A stretch of 64,000 nucleotides of DNA from an uncultured Desulfobacteraceae bacterium (GCA_964412835.1 CAYPQJ010000002.1:2006-66005); one strand, 5' to 3'. Counted from the stretch's first letter, positions 19,624 through 28,416 are shown. Notes: generated by a model not told the origin, from the letters alone. A program made the numbers and translations.

Positions 19624-19715
19624 ATGTCCACGTTCGACAACCTAAAATGAGATATCTCCGGCGGCATATCCGCCGCGGTGATCGCCCTGCCCCTGACCTT
19701 CGGCCTGACATGCGA
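19624..19715 (+). pseudogene. Possible relic of a SulP-family anion transporter N-terminus, interrupted by TGA
   Basis: The frame from ATG 19624 reads MSTFDNLK-TGA-DISGGISAAVIALPLTFGLT. It resembles the conserved SulP start ...NL(R/K)xD(I/L)xxG(L/I)(T/S)xAxxALPLxxxxG. Similarity ends where the convergent kinase gene begins. Confidence 0.35.
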
Positions 19716-19730
19716 GGGATCTTCCTTGGG

Positions 19731-21893
19731 TTATTGTTTCCCGCTGTCTCCCAACAGCTGTTTTAACTTCTCGGACAATGCGGAGATTGAAAACGGCTTC
19801 TGAACAAATCCCTCTGCGCCCGCATCCAGGATCTCCTGAACCGGGCCGTCCAGGGCGTAACCGCTGCACACAAGCACCTTCATTTCGGGTCTGGCCGCCA
19901 TGATGAGCGGATACAGCTGGTTCCCCGTCAGATCGGGTAGTTTGATATCCAGGAGGGCAAGGTCAATCTTTTCATCAAGTTTTTCTGCCATCTCAACAGC
20001 CTTTTCCCCGGTGGCTGCTTCAAAAACACGGTACCCCAATCTTTCCAGGATTGTCCGGGTCATTTCCATCACCGATGCTTCGTCTTCTATGATCAGGATG
20101 CTACCCTGTCCCATGACCGGTTTCACCTCGGGTTCCCTGATGAGCGCTGTGCCGGGGGCCTTGTCACCCGTACCTACAGCGGGCAGATAGATCCGAACCG
20201 TGGTCCCCTTTTCCAATTCTGAATCCACGGTGATGCTGCCGTCGTGGTTGGTGACAATGCCGAAAACGGCAGCCATGCCAAGTCCCCGACCGATGAAGTG
20301 GGTGGTGAAAAAAGGTTCAAATATCCTGCTTACCGTCTCCTCATCCATACCCTTCCCATCATCCTCTACCGTAAGGGTTATATAAGTCCCCGGGGCAAGA
20401 CCCGGATGGGTCTTTACAAAGGCCTCGTCAAGCTGTTCTTCCCCCACAGAAATCCGAATACACCCTTTTTCCTCAATGGCATCGTTGGCGTTGGCGACAA
20501 CAGCCGACAACACCATCTTCATCTGGGTGAAATCGAGGCTTACGTCCATGGTGGTTGAGGGCAGATCCGTATGCAGCTGCACTTCGGGATTCAATGCAGA
20601 TTCAATTGAGGGTAATGAAGCTTGCACAAAATCGCTCAGGGAAACGCTCCGGGAATGGTATTTTCCTCCCCTGGCATAGGCCAGCAACTGGCTGGTCAGA
20701 TAGACCACATTCCGGCTCGAGGTCTTCATGGTCTTCAAGTCCGCGGCCGTATCCGCATCTTCCGCATATTTTAATTGAAGAAGCTCAATCCGCCCGATGA
20801 TGGGGGTCATGGCGTTATTGAACTTGTGAGCAATACCCCCGGCCAGAGTGGCAATGGCCTCCATCTTCCGGGACTGCTGGAGTTGGGATTCAAGCCGGGT
20901 TCTCTCTCTTTCAGCCTGCTTCCTGTTTGAGATGTCCCGGTAGATGACAAAGTTTCCAACTTGCACATTGTCAACGACAAAATGGGCGGAACGCAGGGAC
21001 ACTTCGAACCGGGTGCCATCCTTTTTCCGGCGCACGGTTTCCTCATTCAGGGTTCCACCCGAAGCCACCCGCCGACGGTAAAATCGAGACTCTTCCAGCC
21101 GATCCGGAGTGCCCACAAGTTCGCTGATGTTCTGTCCCAGGACTTCTTTCTCAAGATATCCGAACATCTCAACAAACTGGGGGTTCACCTCCGTAATGGT
21201 CCCTTTATCATCAAATACGGCAATACCGTCCGGGATATTATCCACCAGCCCTTCAAGATATGCCTTTTTGAACTGCAGCTCCTCTTGAACCTTTTTTTTG
21301 TCATCGATTTCGGTACACAGTTGCGCATTCCGCGTGCGCAGTTGTTCCCTCATGCGACCGATTTCACGCCCCATCAATGTGAAACAGGATAATACAAGGG
21401 AAAAGGAGAACCACACAATAAGTTCATTTTTCACATTAATAATCTGTGGATGAAATGTGTATAGGAGGCCGATCACCGCTCCGTATAGGATGATGGCGTA
21501 AAGGCTCAGATAAATGAAATCCTTGAAAGCCAGGCGCAGGAAACCGAAGAGCATTCCCACGAGGAACAGCATGAGAACGACCGGACGCAACCCGTCCAGG
21601 AAGTAGACCGACGCCATAACGCAGGTTGCCGACCACAGTATCTGCGCAAAGGTCAGGCTTGGGTCGGAGAACCGCTTGTTGAAACCTGTCCTGATGATGA
21701 AAAAGAATGTAAAGTGCCCAATGAACAGGAGTATTGAGAAAACAATAAATCCGGTGAGTGAAAGCCGGAAAAGCCCTCGATAATACATGGCACAGCATAT
21801 GATAATGTGCGTTCCAGCCACAATGATGGCCAGGATGTTCCGTTGAACTCGCAGCGCCTGGCGCGCATCTTCCTTAGGTACGATTGAAAACAT
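19731..21893 (-). CDS. Membrane-bound hybrid sensor histidine kinase (multi-TM, PAS, HisKA, HATPase, receiver)
   Basis: About 6 N-terminal TM helices and a PAS segment. H-box GGIAHKFNNAMTPIIG, G-boxes DDGKGMD and GRGLGMA. C-terminal receiver ILIIEDE...LALLDIKLPDLTG. Confidence 0.85.
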   Translation of the reverse strand: MFSIVPKEDARQALRVQRNILAIIVAGTHIIICCAMYYRGLFRLSLTGFIVFSILLFIGHFTFFFIIRTGFNKRFSDPSLTFAQILWSATCVMASVYFLDGLRPVVLMLFLVGMLFGFLRLAFKDFIYLSLYAIILYGAVIGLLYTFHPQIINVKNELIVWFSFSLVLSCFTLMGREIGRMREQLRTRNAQLCTEIDDKKKVQEELQFKKAYLEGLVDNIPDGIAVFDDKGTITEVNPQFVEMFGYLEKEVLGQNISELVGTPDRLEESRFYRRRVASGGTLNEETVRRKKDGTRFEVSLRSAHFVVDNVQVGNFVIYRDISNRKQAERERTRLESQLQQSRKMEAIATLAGGIAHKFNNAMTPIIGRIELLQLKYAEDADTAADLKTMKTSSRNVVYLTSQLLAYARGGKYHSRSVSLSDFVQASLPSIESALNPEVQLHTDLPSTTMDVSLDFTQMKMVLSAVVANANDAIEEKGCIRISVGEEQLDEAFVKTHPGLAPGTYITLTVEDDGKGMDEETVSRIFEPFFTTHFIGRGLGMAAVFGIVTNHDGSITVDSELEKGTTVRIYLPAVGTGDKAPGTALIREPEVKPVMGQGSILIIEDEASVMEMTRTILERLGYRVFEAATGEKAVEMAEKLDEKIDLALLDIKLPDLTGNQLYPLIMAARPEMKVLVCSGYALDGPVQEILDAGAEGFVQKPFSISALSEKLKQLLGDSGKQ

Positions 21894-21966
21894 TGCTCTT
21901 GTGTATCCCCATCTTTAATGTTGGCAAATGTATCTTATCAGGGTTGCGTCGGCCGAAGAAAGTCTG

Positions 21967-22458
21967 TCAGCGGTGCTTCCCTTCACTGCTTGCGCTTTCA
22001 CCGGTTGTCAATTTCTCAATCATCCTAAAGACGATTTCCTTTTTGATGGGTTTGGTGACATAGTCATCCATGCCGACGCCAAGGCATATTTCCCGGTCCC
22101 CCTTCATGGCACTGGCCGTCATTGCCACAATTGGAATCGTGTCAAACCCTTCCTCCCTGATGGACCGGGTTGCCGCCAGCCCGTCCATTTCCGGCATCTG
22201 AACATCCATGAAGATCAGGTCGAAATCCTCCGGCGAATCAGTGAATTTCCTGACCGCCTCCTGACCATTCACGGCAATAACCACGCTGTGGCCCATTTTC
22301 TTCAACATGATACCGGCAACTTTCTGGTTGACGATGTTGTCTTCAGCCAACAGTATGCGCAGTTTCCGGTCCGCTACTGCCTCGCAAACCCTGTTTTCTT
22401 CGGGAAGGGAATAGGTAAATTCCGTGAATCGATTGTATTCCTGGATAAATCCATTCAT
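21967..22458 (-). CDS. Stand-alone receiver-domain protein (looks like the C-terminal receiver of a hybrid kinase)
   Basis: RILLAEDNIVNQKVAGIMLKKMGH...LIFMDVQMPEMDG...IPIVAMTASAMKGDREICLGVGMDDYVTKPIKKE. Nearly colinear with the last receiver of the kinase at 44499-47843. Confidence 0.8.
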   Translation of the reverse strand: MNGFIQEYNRFTEFTYSLPEENRVCEAVADRKLRILLAEDNIVNQKVAGIMLKKMGHSVVIAVNGQEAVRKFTDSPEDFDLIFMDVQMPEMDGLAATRSIREEGFDTIPIVAMTASAMKGDREICLGVGMDDYVTKPIKKEIVFRMIEKLTTGESASSEGKHR

Positions 22459-22494
22459 GTACGCGACGAGTTGTTTAATTGCCCTCAGTTAAAC

Positions 22495-22753
22495 CACGGG
22501 CTACGCCCGTGTGACCCTAAAGGTTCTACCTTAACAGCGAGATGGCCTTTCCCCAATAAACATTTCGCCAAAAACCTCCATTATTGAAAATTTGGAGAAT
22601 GGAGGCCGTGGCATCTGAATGGGGTAAGCGAATGAGCCTCCAAAAAAAGTTGGAGAAGGACCAACAGTATTTTTATCGAAGCACTCAAGCAGCAAGAAGG
22701 GCTTTTTTGCCCCCTTCGAGGGGGCTTCCTCATACCACGTCCTATGGGCGTGG
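22495..22753. other. Densely structured ~260-nt non-coding segment (five hairpins)
   Basis: Five hairpins: CACGGG/CCCGTG (22495-22511); CCTCCATT/AATGGAGG (22575-22605); CTCCAA/TTGGAG (22638-22655); GCCCCCT/AGGGGGC (22709-22725), which competes with GAAGGG/CCCTTC (22696-22717); CCACG/CGTGG (22735-22753). Confidence 0.5.
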
Positions 22754-22947
22754 TTGCTGATTTCATTATCAGGATAACCGGAGGGCAGATCCAATGGCAC
22801 CGGCGCCTTCCCGTTCAGGATTGAATAGACGGCTTCGGTGATCCTATCAATGATTTTCTCATCCACGGATAGCATTTCAGGCCACCTGCTCAGGCAGAAA
22901 TATATCTTCTCCACATATTCCCTCTGGTCCCGCAAAGCCATCCTCAC
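22531..22947 (-). pseudogene. Possible N-terminal remnant of a sensor protein; product uncertain
   Basis: The first ~65 codons (...SVDEKIIDRITEAVYSILNGKAPVPLDLPSGYPDNEI) look like a cytoplasmic sensor N-terminus. The remainder is translated through the hairpin-rich segment and looks non-protein-like. Confidence 0.3.
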
Positions 22948-23410
22948 AGCGCCGGACCCTCCCTGGGAATAATATTACCCCTGGATAGAAACCGACAGAC
23001 TTCCCTGGGGGAAAGGCCGAGTTCGAATTGCCACAGAATGCCGCCATGAGAGATGACCGGGCTCGAAGCGCTGCCACCTGAAAGAGAAGTGTTTTTCCAC
23101 AGGCGGGACTCGGTCACCAATTCAGGTATTTATTCGTCAGAAGGACTTTATAAAAAGAAGAGGTTTTAATCCACTTCTTTTTCCTAATTTCTAACATATT
23201 TAATCATTGGACTTTTCAGAGTAAAACGTAAACATAAAATGATATTTTTTTATTTAAAGTCGAGCATTGTAAACTTTTTGGGATCGATAATTGACACAGC
23301 CTTTTAATAGGAGTAACTGTTTCCTATAAAACCAAGCAAAGTCAAACGAGGCATTATTATACACAAAGGAATAAGTTTTAGGGAAATAAGGGGACACAAT
23401 GGGGATTTCC

Positions 23411-23462
23411 GGGGACATGATACTGTTTTAGTCAGAATGTATAGGAAATTAGTATTGTCCCC
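23411..23462. promoter_or_regulatory. Imperfect inverted repeat upstream of the deacetylase gene
   Basis: GGGGACATGATACT (23411-23424) and AGTATTGTCCCC (23451-23462) flank a 26-nt AT-rich spacer. A further GGGGACA lies at 23390-23396. The repeat is 45 nt upstream of ATG 23507. Confidence 0.4.
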
Positions 23463-23506
23463 AGATTTCGTATATCAAAACGCCAGCGATTCAGAAGGTT
23501 TTTCTC

Positions 23507-24286
23507 ATGAGCATTCATATCATTTTTCATGAACAATATTATAATTCAGACTATGCAGATGATCCTGCAGCTCTTCCGGGCCGCCTGGAAGGGATTATGG
23601 CGGTTATTAAATCCAAGCCGGACATGTATCACATTAAAAAGCCAGAACCGGCTTCAGATACGGATATATTGAGGGCTCACGGTAAGGGTCAATTAAATAT
23701 TATTAAATTCAATTCCCTTCGATACGAATTGGCGGCACTGGCAGCCGGAGGTGCCATTAAAGCGGCCCAAACCGCTTATAAAGGAACCCCAGGCTTTGCC
23801 GTGATCCGGCCACCGGGGCATCATGCCTCAGCCAATTCATGCTGGGGATTCTGTGATTTCAACAATATGGCCATCAGCCTGCTCAAACTATATTCCGAAG
23901 AAAAAATTCAGACTGCCTTTATCCTGGATTTTGATTTTCACACCGGAGACGGTAATATAAACATACTGGAAAACAGGAAAGACGGATTTAAGGTCACGAT
24001 TCTTAATCCTGACTCAGTAGACAGGATAAATTATTTGAGTGAGGTCGAAAGAGTCATGGACAATTTGACCGATGCAGATATTCTGGCGGCATCTGCAGGG
24101 TTTGATCATGGAATTGAAGACTGGGGAGGTCTTCTTTCCACAGAGGATTACAGGGAACTGGGCCGCATGATGAAACAAACAGCCGAGCGGCTTTGCCAGG
24201 GCAGGCGGTTTGCAATCCTTGAAGGCGGATACAACCATGCTGTTCTTGGGCTCAATGTAAATTCATTTTGCGAAGGGTTTGAATAA
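23507..24286 (+). CDS. Compact histone-deacetylase-family (arginase/deacetylase fold) amidohydrolase
   Basis: GFAVIRPPGHHA, LDFDFHTGDGN (metal site), ASAGFD, ILEGGYN. At 259 aa it is shorter than acetoin-utilisation or acetylpolyamine amidohydrolases. Confidence 0.8.
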   Translation: MSIHIIFHEQYYNSDYADDPAALPGRLEGIMAVIKSKPDMYHIKKPEPASDTDILRAHGKGQLNIIKFNSLRYELAALAAGGAIKAAQTAYKGTPGFAVIRPPGHHASANSCWGFCDFNNMAISLLKLYSEEKIQTAFILDFDFHTGDGNINILENRKDGFKVTILNPDSVDRINYLSEVERVMDNLTDADILAASAGFDHGIEDWGGLLSTEDYRELGRMMKQTAERLCQGRRFAILEGGYNHAVLGLNVNSFCEGFE

Positions 24287-24578
24287 TCTGGATGTCCCTT
24301 TGTAAAATGCTGTAGAACGCTCTTTTAAAGAACTTTCAGGCTTTACCAATCAATTTTCCTTTGGTTTTGATAAATTTAAAATAAAAATAGAGGCGTCTAC
24401 TTTTGCCCTTCGAATTACCGAACTCCGGGGACATCTAAACCATTAAAAATGAAAAAGATAAAAGCATAACAAAGCTAGTACAATCGACGAAAAACCGTGC
24501 GGCTGATTAGCGGCACTGTTCAAATGAACCCATTATAATCTTAAATAAGTTAAAGAATTGAGCGGATTTCAGGGAAGT

Positions 24579-25259
24579 TCAAGGTAGGGTAAGTTCCATA
24601 ACGATAGAATCAAATGGCCCCCATAATAAGGATCGTTTTGGAGTGAACCCCAGTTTCCTGTAAACTGCAATGGCGCGTTTATTATCGGATCTGACACGCA
24701 ATTCAATAGTTTTTATTGCTTTTGATTTTCTGGCCCAATCCAGCAATGCCCCCATTATGTCGCTGCCAATCCCCAACCCCCAGTTCTTTTTTGAAACAGA
24801 AAAGGCAAATTCTCCTGCACTTCGAAGTCTTTGCCACATATTAGATCTGAAGGCCAGATATCCCACGACTTCATCCTGTAACCAGCCTATCAGAAGTGCA
24901 TGATGCTCTGAATTCCGGCATTTTCTGATATGCTTTTTTTCATTGTCCACTGAAATATTATCAATCCCCTCATCAAACGACAGAAAGCTGCTGTCCTGTC
25001 TGATCTTATACACATAGCGGATCAGGTCGCCGGCTTCATTTTCCTGTGCCTCCTTTACCAGCAGTATCTGGTCGTTTTTGATGACGGATTTTTTTTGGTA
25101 TAATTCCGGTGTGGCATTTTTGACTTTGACAAGGTCAATTACAAAGCTCAACAGGCTTGCCAGTTTCATTTTAACAAGGCTGTTGAACAAAGCCGTCTGT
25201 TCGAAATCTCTTGCATAAACAGCACTGTAGTTCGGTGTATGGACGGATATCTTTAGCAT
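24579..25259 (-). CDS. GNAT family N-acetyltransferase with ~75-aa N-terminal extension
   Basis: GYLAFRSN...FSVSKKNWGLGIGSDIMGALLDWARKSKAIKTIELRVRSDNKRAIAVYRKLGF (acetyl-CoA-binding Q/R-x-x-G-x-G/A-like region). Start set at ATG 25259, preceded by AAGGAG. The track start at 25379 is TTG and has no RBS. Confidence 0.75.
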   Translation of the reverse strand: MLKISVHTPNYSAVYARDFEQTALFNSLVKMKLASLLSFVIDLVKVKNATPELYQKKSVIKNDQILLVKEAQENEAGDLIRYVYKIRQDSSFLSFDEGIDNISVDNEKKHIRKCRNSEHHALLIGWLQDEVVGYLAFRSNMWQRLRSAGEFAFSVSKKNWGLGIGSDIMGALLDWARKSKAIKTIELRVRSDNKRAIAVYRKLGFTPKRSLLWGPFDSIVMELTLP

Positions 25260-25403
25260 GAAAAACTCCTTGTCTTTGAAGTTATTTTTTTTCTCCTTTA
25301 AAAACTCTTCAAACATCTGTCCAAGGAAATCCGGGTAACCCCAGGTGCAACTATTTTTTTTTGTAAAGTTATTGTTCAATAGTTTGATTTATATAATATC
25401 GTG

Positions 25404-25433
25404 TTGACCATACAATTGTCACTATGGTATTAT
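25404..25433 (+). promoter_or_regulatory. Sigma70-like promoter for the LuxR-type regulator
   Basis: TTGACC (25404-25409), 18-nt spacer, TATTAT (25428-25433). Flanked by a ~22-nt direct repeat ATAGTTTG..TATAT..TAATAT at 25379-25400 and 25439-25462. Confidence 0.4.
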
Positions 25434-25494
25434 CACCGATAGTTTGCCTATATCTAATATGCATTTTGTTGATTTTTTTGTGGGGAGAAATAAA

Positions 25495-26730
25495 ATGGGG
25501 AAAAATAAAGGGCCTGTTGAACAGTCGATGCATGAAAGAGAGAAAGAGCTAAACTGCTTATACAATGTAGCAAACTTAATGATAGATCATGAAAAATCAT
25601 TAGAGGAAATTTTTAATGTAATTGTTGGTTATCTTCCCCCTTCATGGCAATATCCCGATATCGCCTGTGCAAGGATAACCTTTAGGGGTCAGGAATATGT
25701 TTCTGCTGGTTTTAAACCATCAAGATGGAAACAATCCGCTAACATTTTTAATGGAAGTCAAAAAGCTGGGTGCATAGAAGTTTACTACCAAAAAAAAAGG
25801 CCGGTTATGGATGAGGGGCCATTTCTAAAAGAAGAACGAATATTAATAGATACAATAGCCTGCCAGGTTGGGAACGCATATAAGAGAATCAAATTAGAGG
25901 ATACCCTGAAGGAGAGAATAAAAGAACTTGGCTGTCTTTATGGTGTGTCTAACATTATAGAGAAGCATAACAGTGATTATAATAAAATTTTACAAGGGAT
26001 TGTTGATTTGCTTCCAGCTGCATGGCAGTATCCAGGGATAACCTGCGCAAAAATCATATTAAACATCGAAGAGTTTAAAACTGATAATTATAAAGATATG
26101 CCATGGAAACAAATTGCCGAAATAAAAATTGAACATCAGAGAATAGGCCTTATCGAAATTGCATACACAAAAGATATGCCTGTGTTTGATGAAGGGCCAT
26201 TCTTAAAAGAAGAAAGGCTCTTAATCAATGCTCTCGCAGAACGTATCAGTAACGCTGTTAAACGTATCAGGGCGGAAGAAGAACTTGGAATTGAAAAGAT
26301 TGCCTTAGAAAATAAAAATATTGCTTTAAAAGAAGTTTTAAAAAAAGTACATGAAGAAAAAAGAGAAATAGCAACGAGAGTGCAGGCAAATGTTGAAAAA
26401 ATTATCATGCCAATTTTTTCTATTCTTGAAAAAAATGCAAATTATAATGATGCTTCAGTTTTAAAGTTGCTTAAAAAAAACCTTGAAGAGGTTACTTCCC
26501 CATTCACTAATGCAATATCAAAAGAATTTGTAAGCCTGTCACCAGTGGAAATCCAAATATGCAATTACATTAAAAACGGATTTTCAACAAAAGATATTGC
26601 ACAGTTGAGAGGAATTGCAGTTGCAACCGTTAGCCGACACCGTGAACATATCAGGGAAAAACTGAACCTGAAAAACAAAAATATTAATCTTGTAACCTAT
26701 CTCAACAGTTTTAAGATGGAAAAAGAATAA
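25495..26730 (+). CDS. LuxR-family regulator with two tandem copies of an uncharacterised Cys-containing sensor module
   Basis: Copy 1: EKELNCLYNVANL...LPPSWQYPDIACARITF...DEGPFLKEERILIDTIA. Copy 2: IKELGCLYGVSNI...LPAAWQYPGITCAKIIL...DEGPFLKEERLLINALA. Then a coiled coil and the HTH LSPVEIQICNYIKNGFSTKDIAQLRGIAVATVSRHREHIREKL. ATG 25495 is preceded by GGGGAGA. Confidence 0.8.
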   Translation: MGKNKGPVEQSMHEREKELNCLYNVANLMIDHEKSLEEIFNVIVGYLPPSWQYPDIACARITFRGQEYVSAGFKPSRWKQSANIFNGSQKAGCIEVYYQKKRPVMDEGPFLKEERILIDTIACQVGNAYKRIKLEDTLKERIKELGCLYGVSNIIEKHNSDYNKILQGIVDLLPAAWQYPGITCAKIILNIEEFKTDNYKDMPWKQIAEIKIEHQRIGLIEIAYTKDMPVFDEGPFLKEERLLINALAERISNAVKRIRAEEELGIEKIALENKNIALKEVLKKVHEEKREIATRVQANVEKIIMPIFSILEKNANYNDASVLKLLKKNLEEVTSPFTNAISKEFVSLSPVEIQICNYIKNGFSTKDIAQLRGIAVATVSRHREHIREKLNLKNKNINLVTYLNSFKMEKE

Positions 26731-27305
26731 TACAATTTATACCGATTATCGTTTCGGATCGAATAGAGATTTGAATACCTGTCGCAGTCCTGCTTTTCTA
26801 TATTAAAACTCCATTATTTTAGAGTTTTCAAAATTTTTTATATTCAAATTTCCATTCAACTTGATACTTCAAAAACACGATTCCAAGTGGTCATTCGGTT
26901 GTGTGAAAATATTGAAATTAGCATCTTAATCATCCCCATTCAAGATTGCATCATCAGGTAGTAAAAAGTGAGTCTTTTGTCTATTTTTAAACCCTTTTTT
27001 CCTACCTTATTTCAATGGGGACTGGTATTTCAAAGACTCAGTCCAGACAAATTGAAGGCACCCCTATATATGGCGTATAGCATTTTTTCAGTTTTGAAAT
27101 TTTGATTCCACTATATGAGCCTCAACCGCTGTTACAAGCCAATCCTTCACTGTAATTTTTATAATATATATAAATAATAGCAACGCTTAATTTTCAACAA
27201 ACAATCTCTGTTTTTTCTTGAAGTACTATCGTTTAATGATGGTATAAAGTAGGACTCTCTAAAATCAGAAATGAGCCAGTACTGGGTAAAAAGTAAAACT
27301 CAGTT

Positions 27306-27845
27306 CTAATCTTGATTGATCCAACTCATAATTTGATCCTTAGACTTTGGTAATGGATTTGACTCCATTCGTTCCCATTTGCCAATAGAAGTCGGGGCAA
27401 CTTTAAGTTGTTTTGCAAGCTGTTTAATAGACAAAAAGCTTTGCATCCTGGTTACACGTAATTTTTCACCAAGTGTATTGTGTTCTTTAGGGTAGGAGAC
27501 ATTATTTTTAAAGCAAAAACCCCAAAATTCTTTTTCAGGCATGAAACCATTTACATGAGGTTTTAAAAATTCAACAACTGATTTTAAAATACGAGGCCTT
27601 GATTGAGATCTGTTCATCTCCAAGTTAATTACAGTCTGTTCACAAACTCCCAATTGCTTTGCAAATTGTTTGACCTCAAGGCCAAGGTCCATTCGGGTTT
27701 TCCGGATGAGATCACCAAGAGTTTTGATTTCAGCTGGGTAGCCATTGACAAAGATTTGTTTTGGAATTTCAAGAGTTAGATGATATATATTTTGGGATGA
27801 GAGTGCATCCGAAAAGTATAAGTTCTGTCCCGCACGGCTGTCCAA
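27306..27845 (-). CDS. XRE-family protein with two helix-turn-helix domains
   Basis: HTH 1: LGDLIRKTRMDLGLEVKQFAKQLGVCEQTVINLEMNRS. HTH 2: LGEKLRVTRMQSFLSIKQLAKQLKVAPTSIGKWERMES. The track start is TTG, so the true start is uncertain. Confidence 0.7.
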   Translation of the reverse strand: MDSRAGQNLYFSDALSSQNIYHLTLEIPKQIFVNGYPAEIKTLGDLIRKTRMDLGLEVKQFAKQLGVCEQTVINLEMNRSQSRPRILKSVVEFLKPHVNGFMPEKEFWGFCFKNNVSYPKEHNTLGEKLRVTRMQSFLSIKQLAKQLKVAPTSIGKWERMESNPLPKSKDQIMSWINQD

Positions 27846-27930
27846 GAAGTAATCGCCACCAATCGAAAGCTATAGTGCGGAACTGAGAGATATAGTGAGT
27901 TTTTCAATTCTTCAAATTTTTCAAACTTCC

Positions 27931-28009
27931 TTCTCGAATACCACTCGAAACCTTACAACTTCAGATAGTTATAAAATAGTTGTTATTCTGTCCCGAATCC
28001 TACTCGAAA
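27931..28009. repeat. Two ~20-nt direct repeats, each containing (C/T)CGAA half-sites, upstream of the XRE gene
   Basis: TTCTCGAATACCACTCGAAA (27931-27950) and GTCCCGAATCCTACTCGAAA (27990-28009) are identical at 16 of 20 positions, with a 59-nt period. Confidence 0.45.
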
Positions 28010-28343
28010 TTAGGGTAACTTAAGGATCTGTTCAAATATTATTGAGTTTTGTTGAATAGGAATACTATTGATTATCCTATCCTTGAGCGTTGAGTACCAG
28101 TCATAACTCAAGAATACATATGATATCTCATCAATTCAATGGGGTGAGGTACCTTGACAGTATCTCAGCATATCAGATGAATTAAAGATGCATTAATAGT
28201 GAAAACACTTATGTCGAATCAGTATATACCCTTACGCTCAGTAAAATGTATAAGTCAAGGAAAATCTATTTTTTTGGTTTATTGGGCATTTTTGGGAAAT
28301 CTGCGAGGGAAATCCTTTTCAAGGAAATGATGGAGAAATTTTC

Positions 28344-28380
28344 TTGCATATGTACAGTACATGGTTTATTCTATGTACAT
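28344..28380 (+). promoter_or_regulatory. Promoter with palindromic operators for the Phd-VapC operon
   Basis: TTGCAT (28344-28349), 17 nt, TATTCT (28367-28372). Palindrome ATGTAC-A-GTACAT (28350-28362) lies in the spacer, with a second ATGTACAT at 28373-28380. Confidence 0.5.
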
Positions 28381-28416
28381 GTTTTTCTCTCGTATTTATC
28401 TCAAGGAGTATCCCGG

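Noticed and set aside
19648-19650. Second selenocysteine codon (TGA inside the SulP-like fragment).
   Set aside because: No protein homology continues downstream. The frame runs into the convergent kinase gene. I found no SECIS-like hairpin at the right distance. It is best explained as a nonsense mutation in a relic.
22877-23077. 66-codon - strand ORF upstream of the putative sensor remnant.
   Set aside because: Arg/Gly/Pro-rich composition, no RBS and no motif. Treated as part of the decayed region.
28246-28416. Long N-terminal extension of the Phd antitoxin ORF.
   Set aside because: It covers the promoter and operator palindromes. A strong AAGGAG RBS precedes the internal ATG at 28417.
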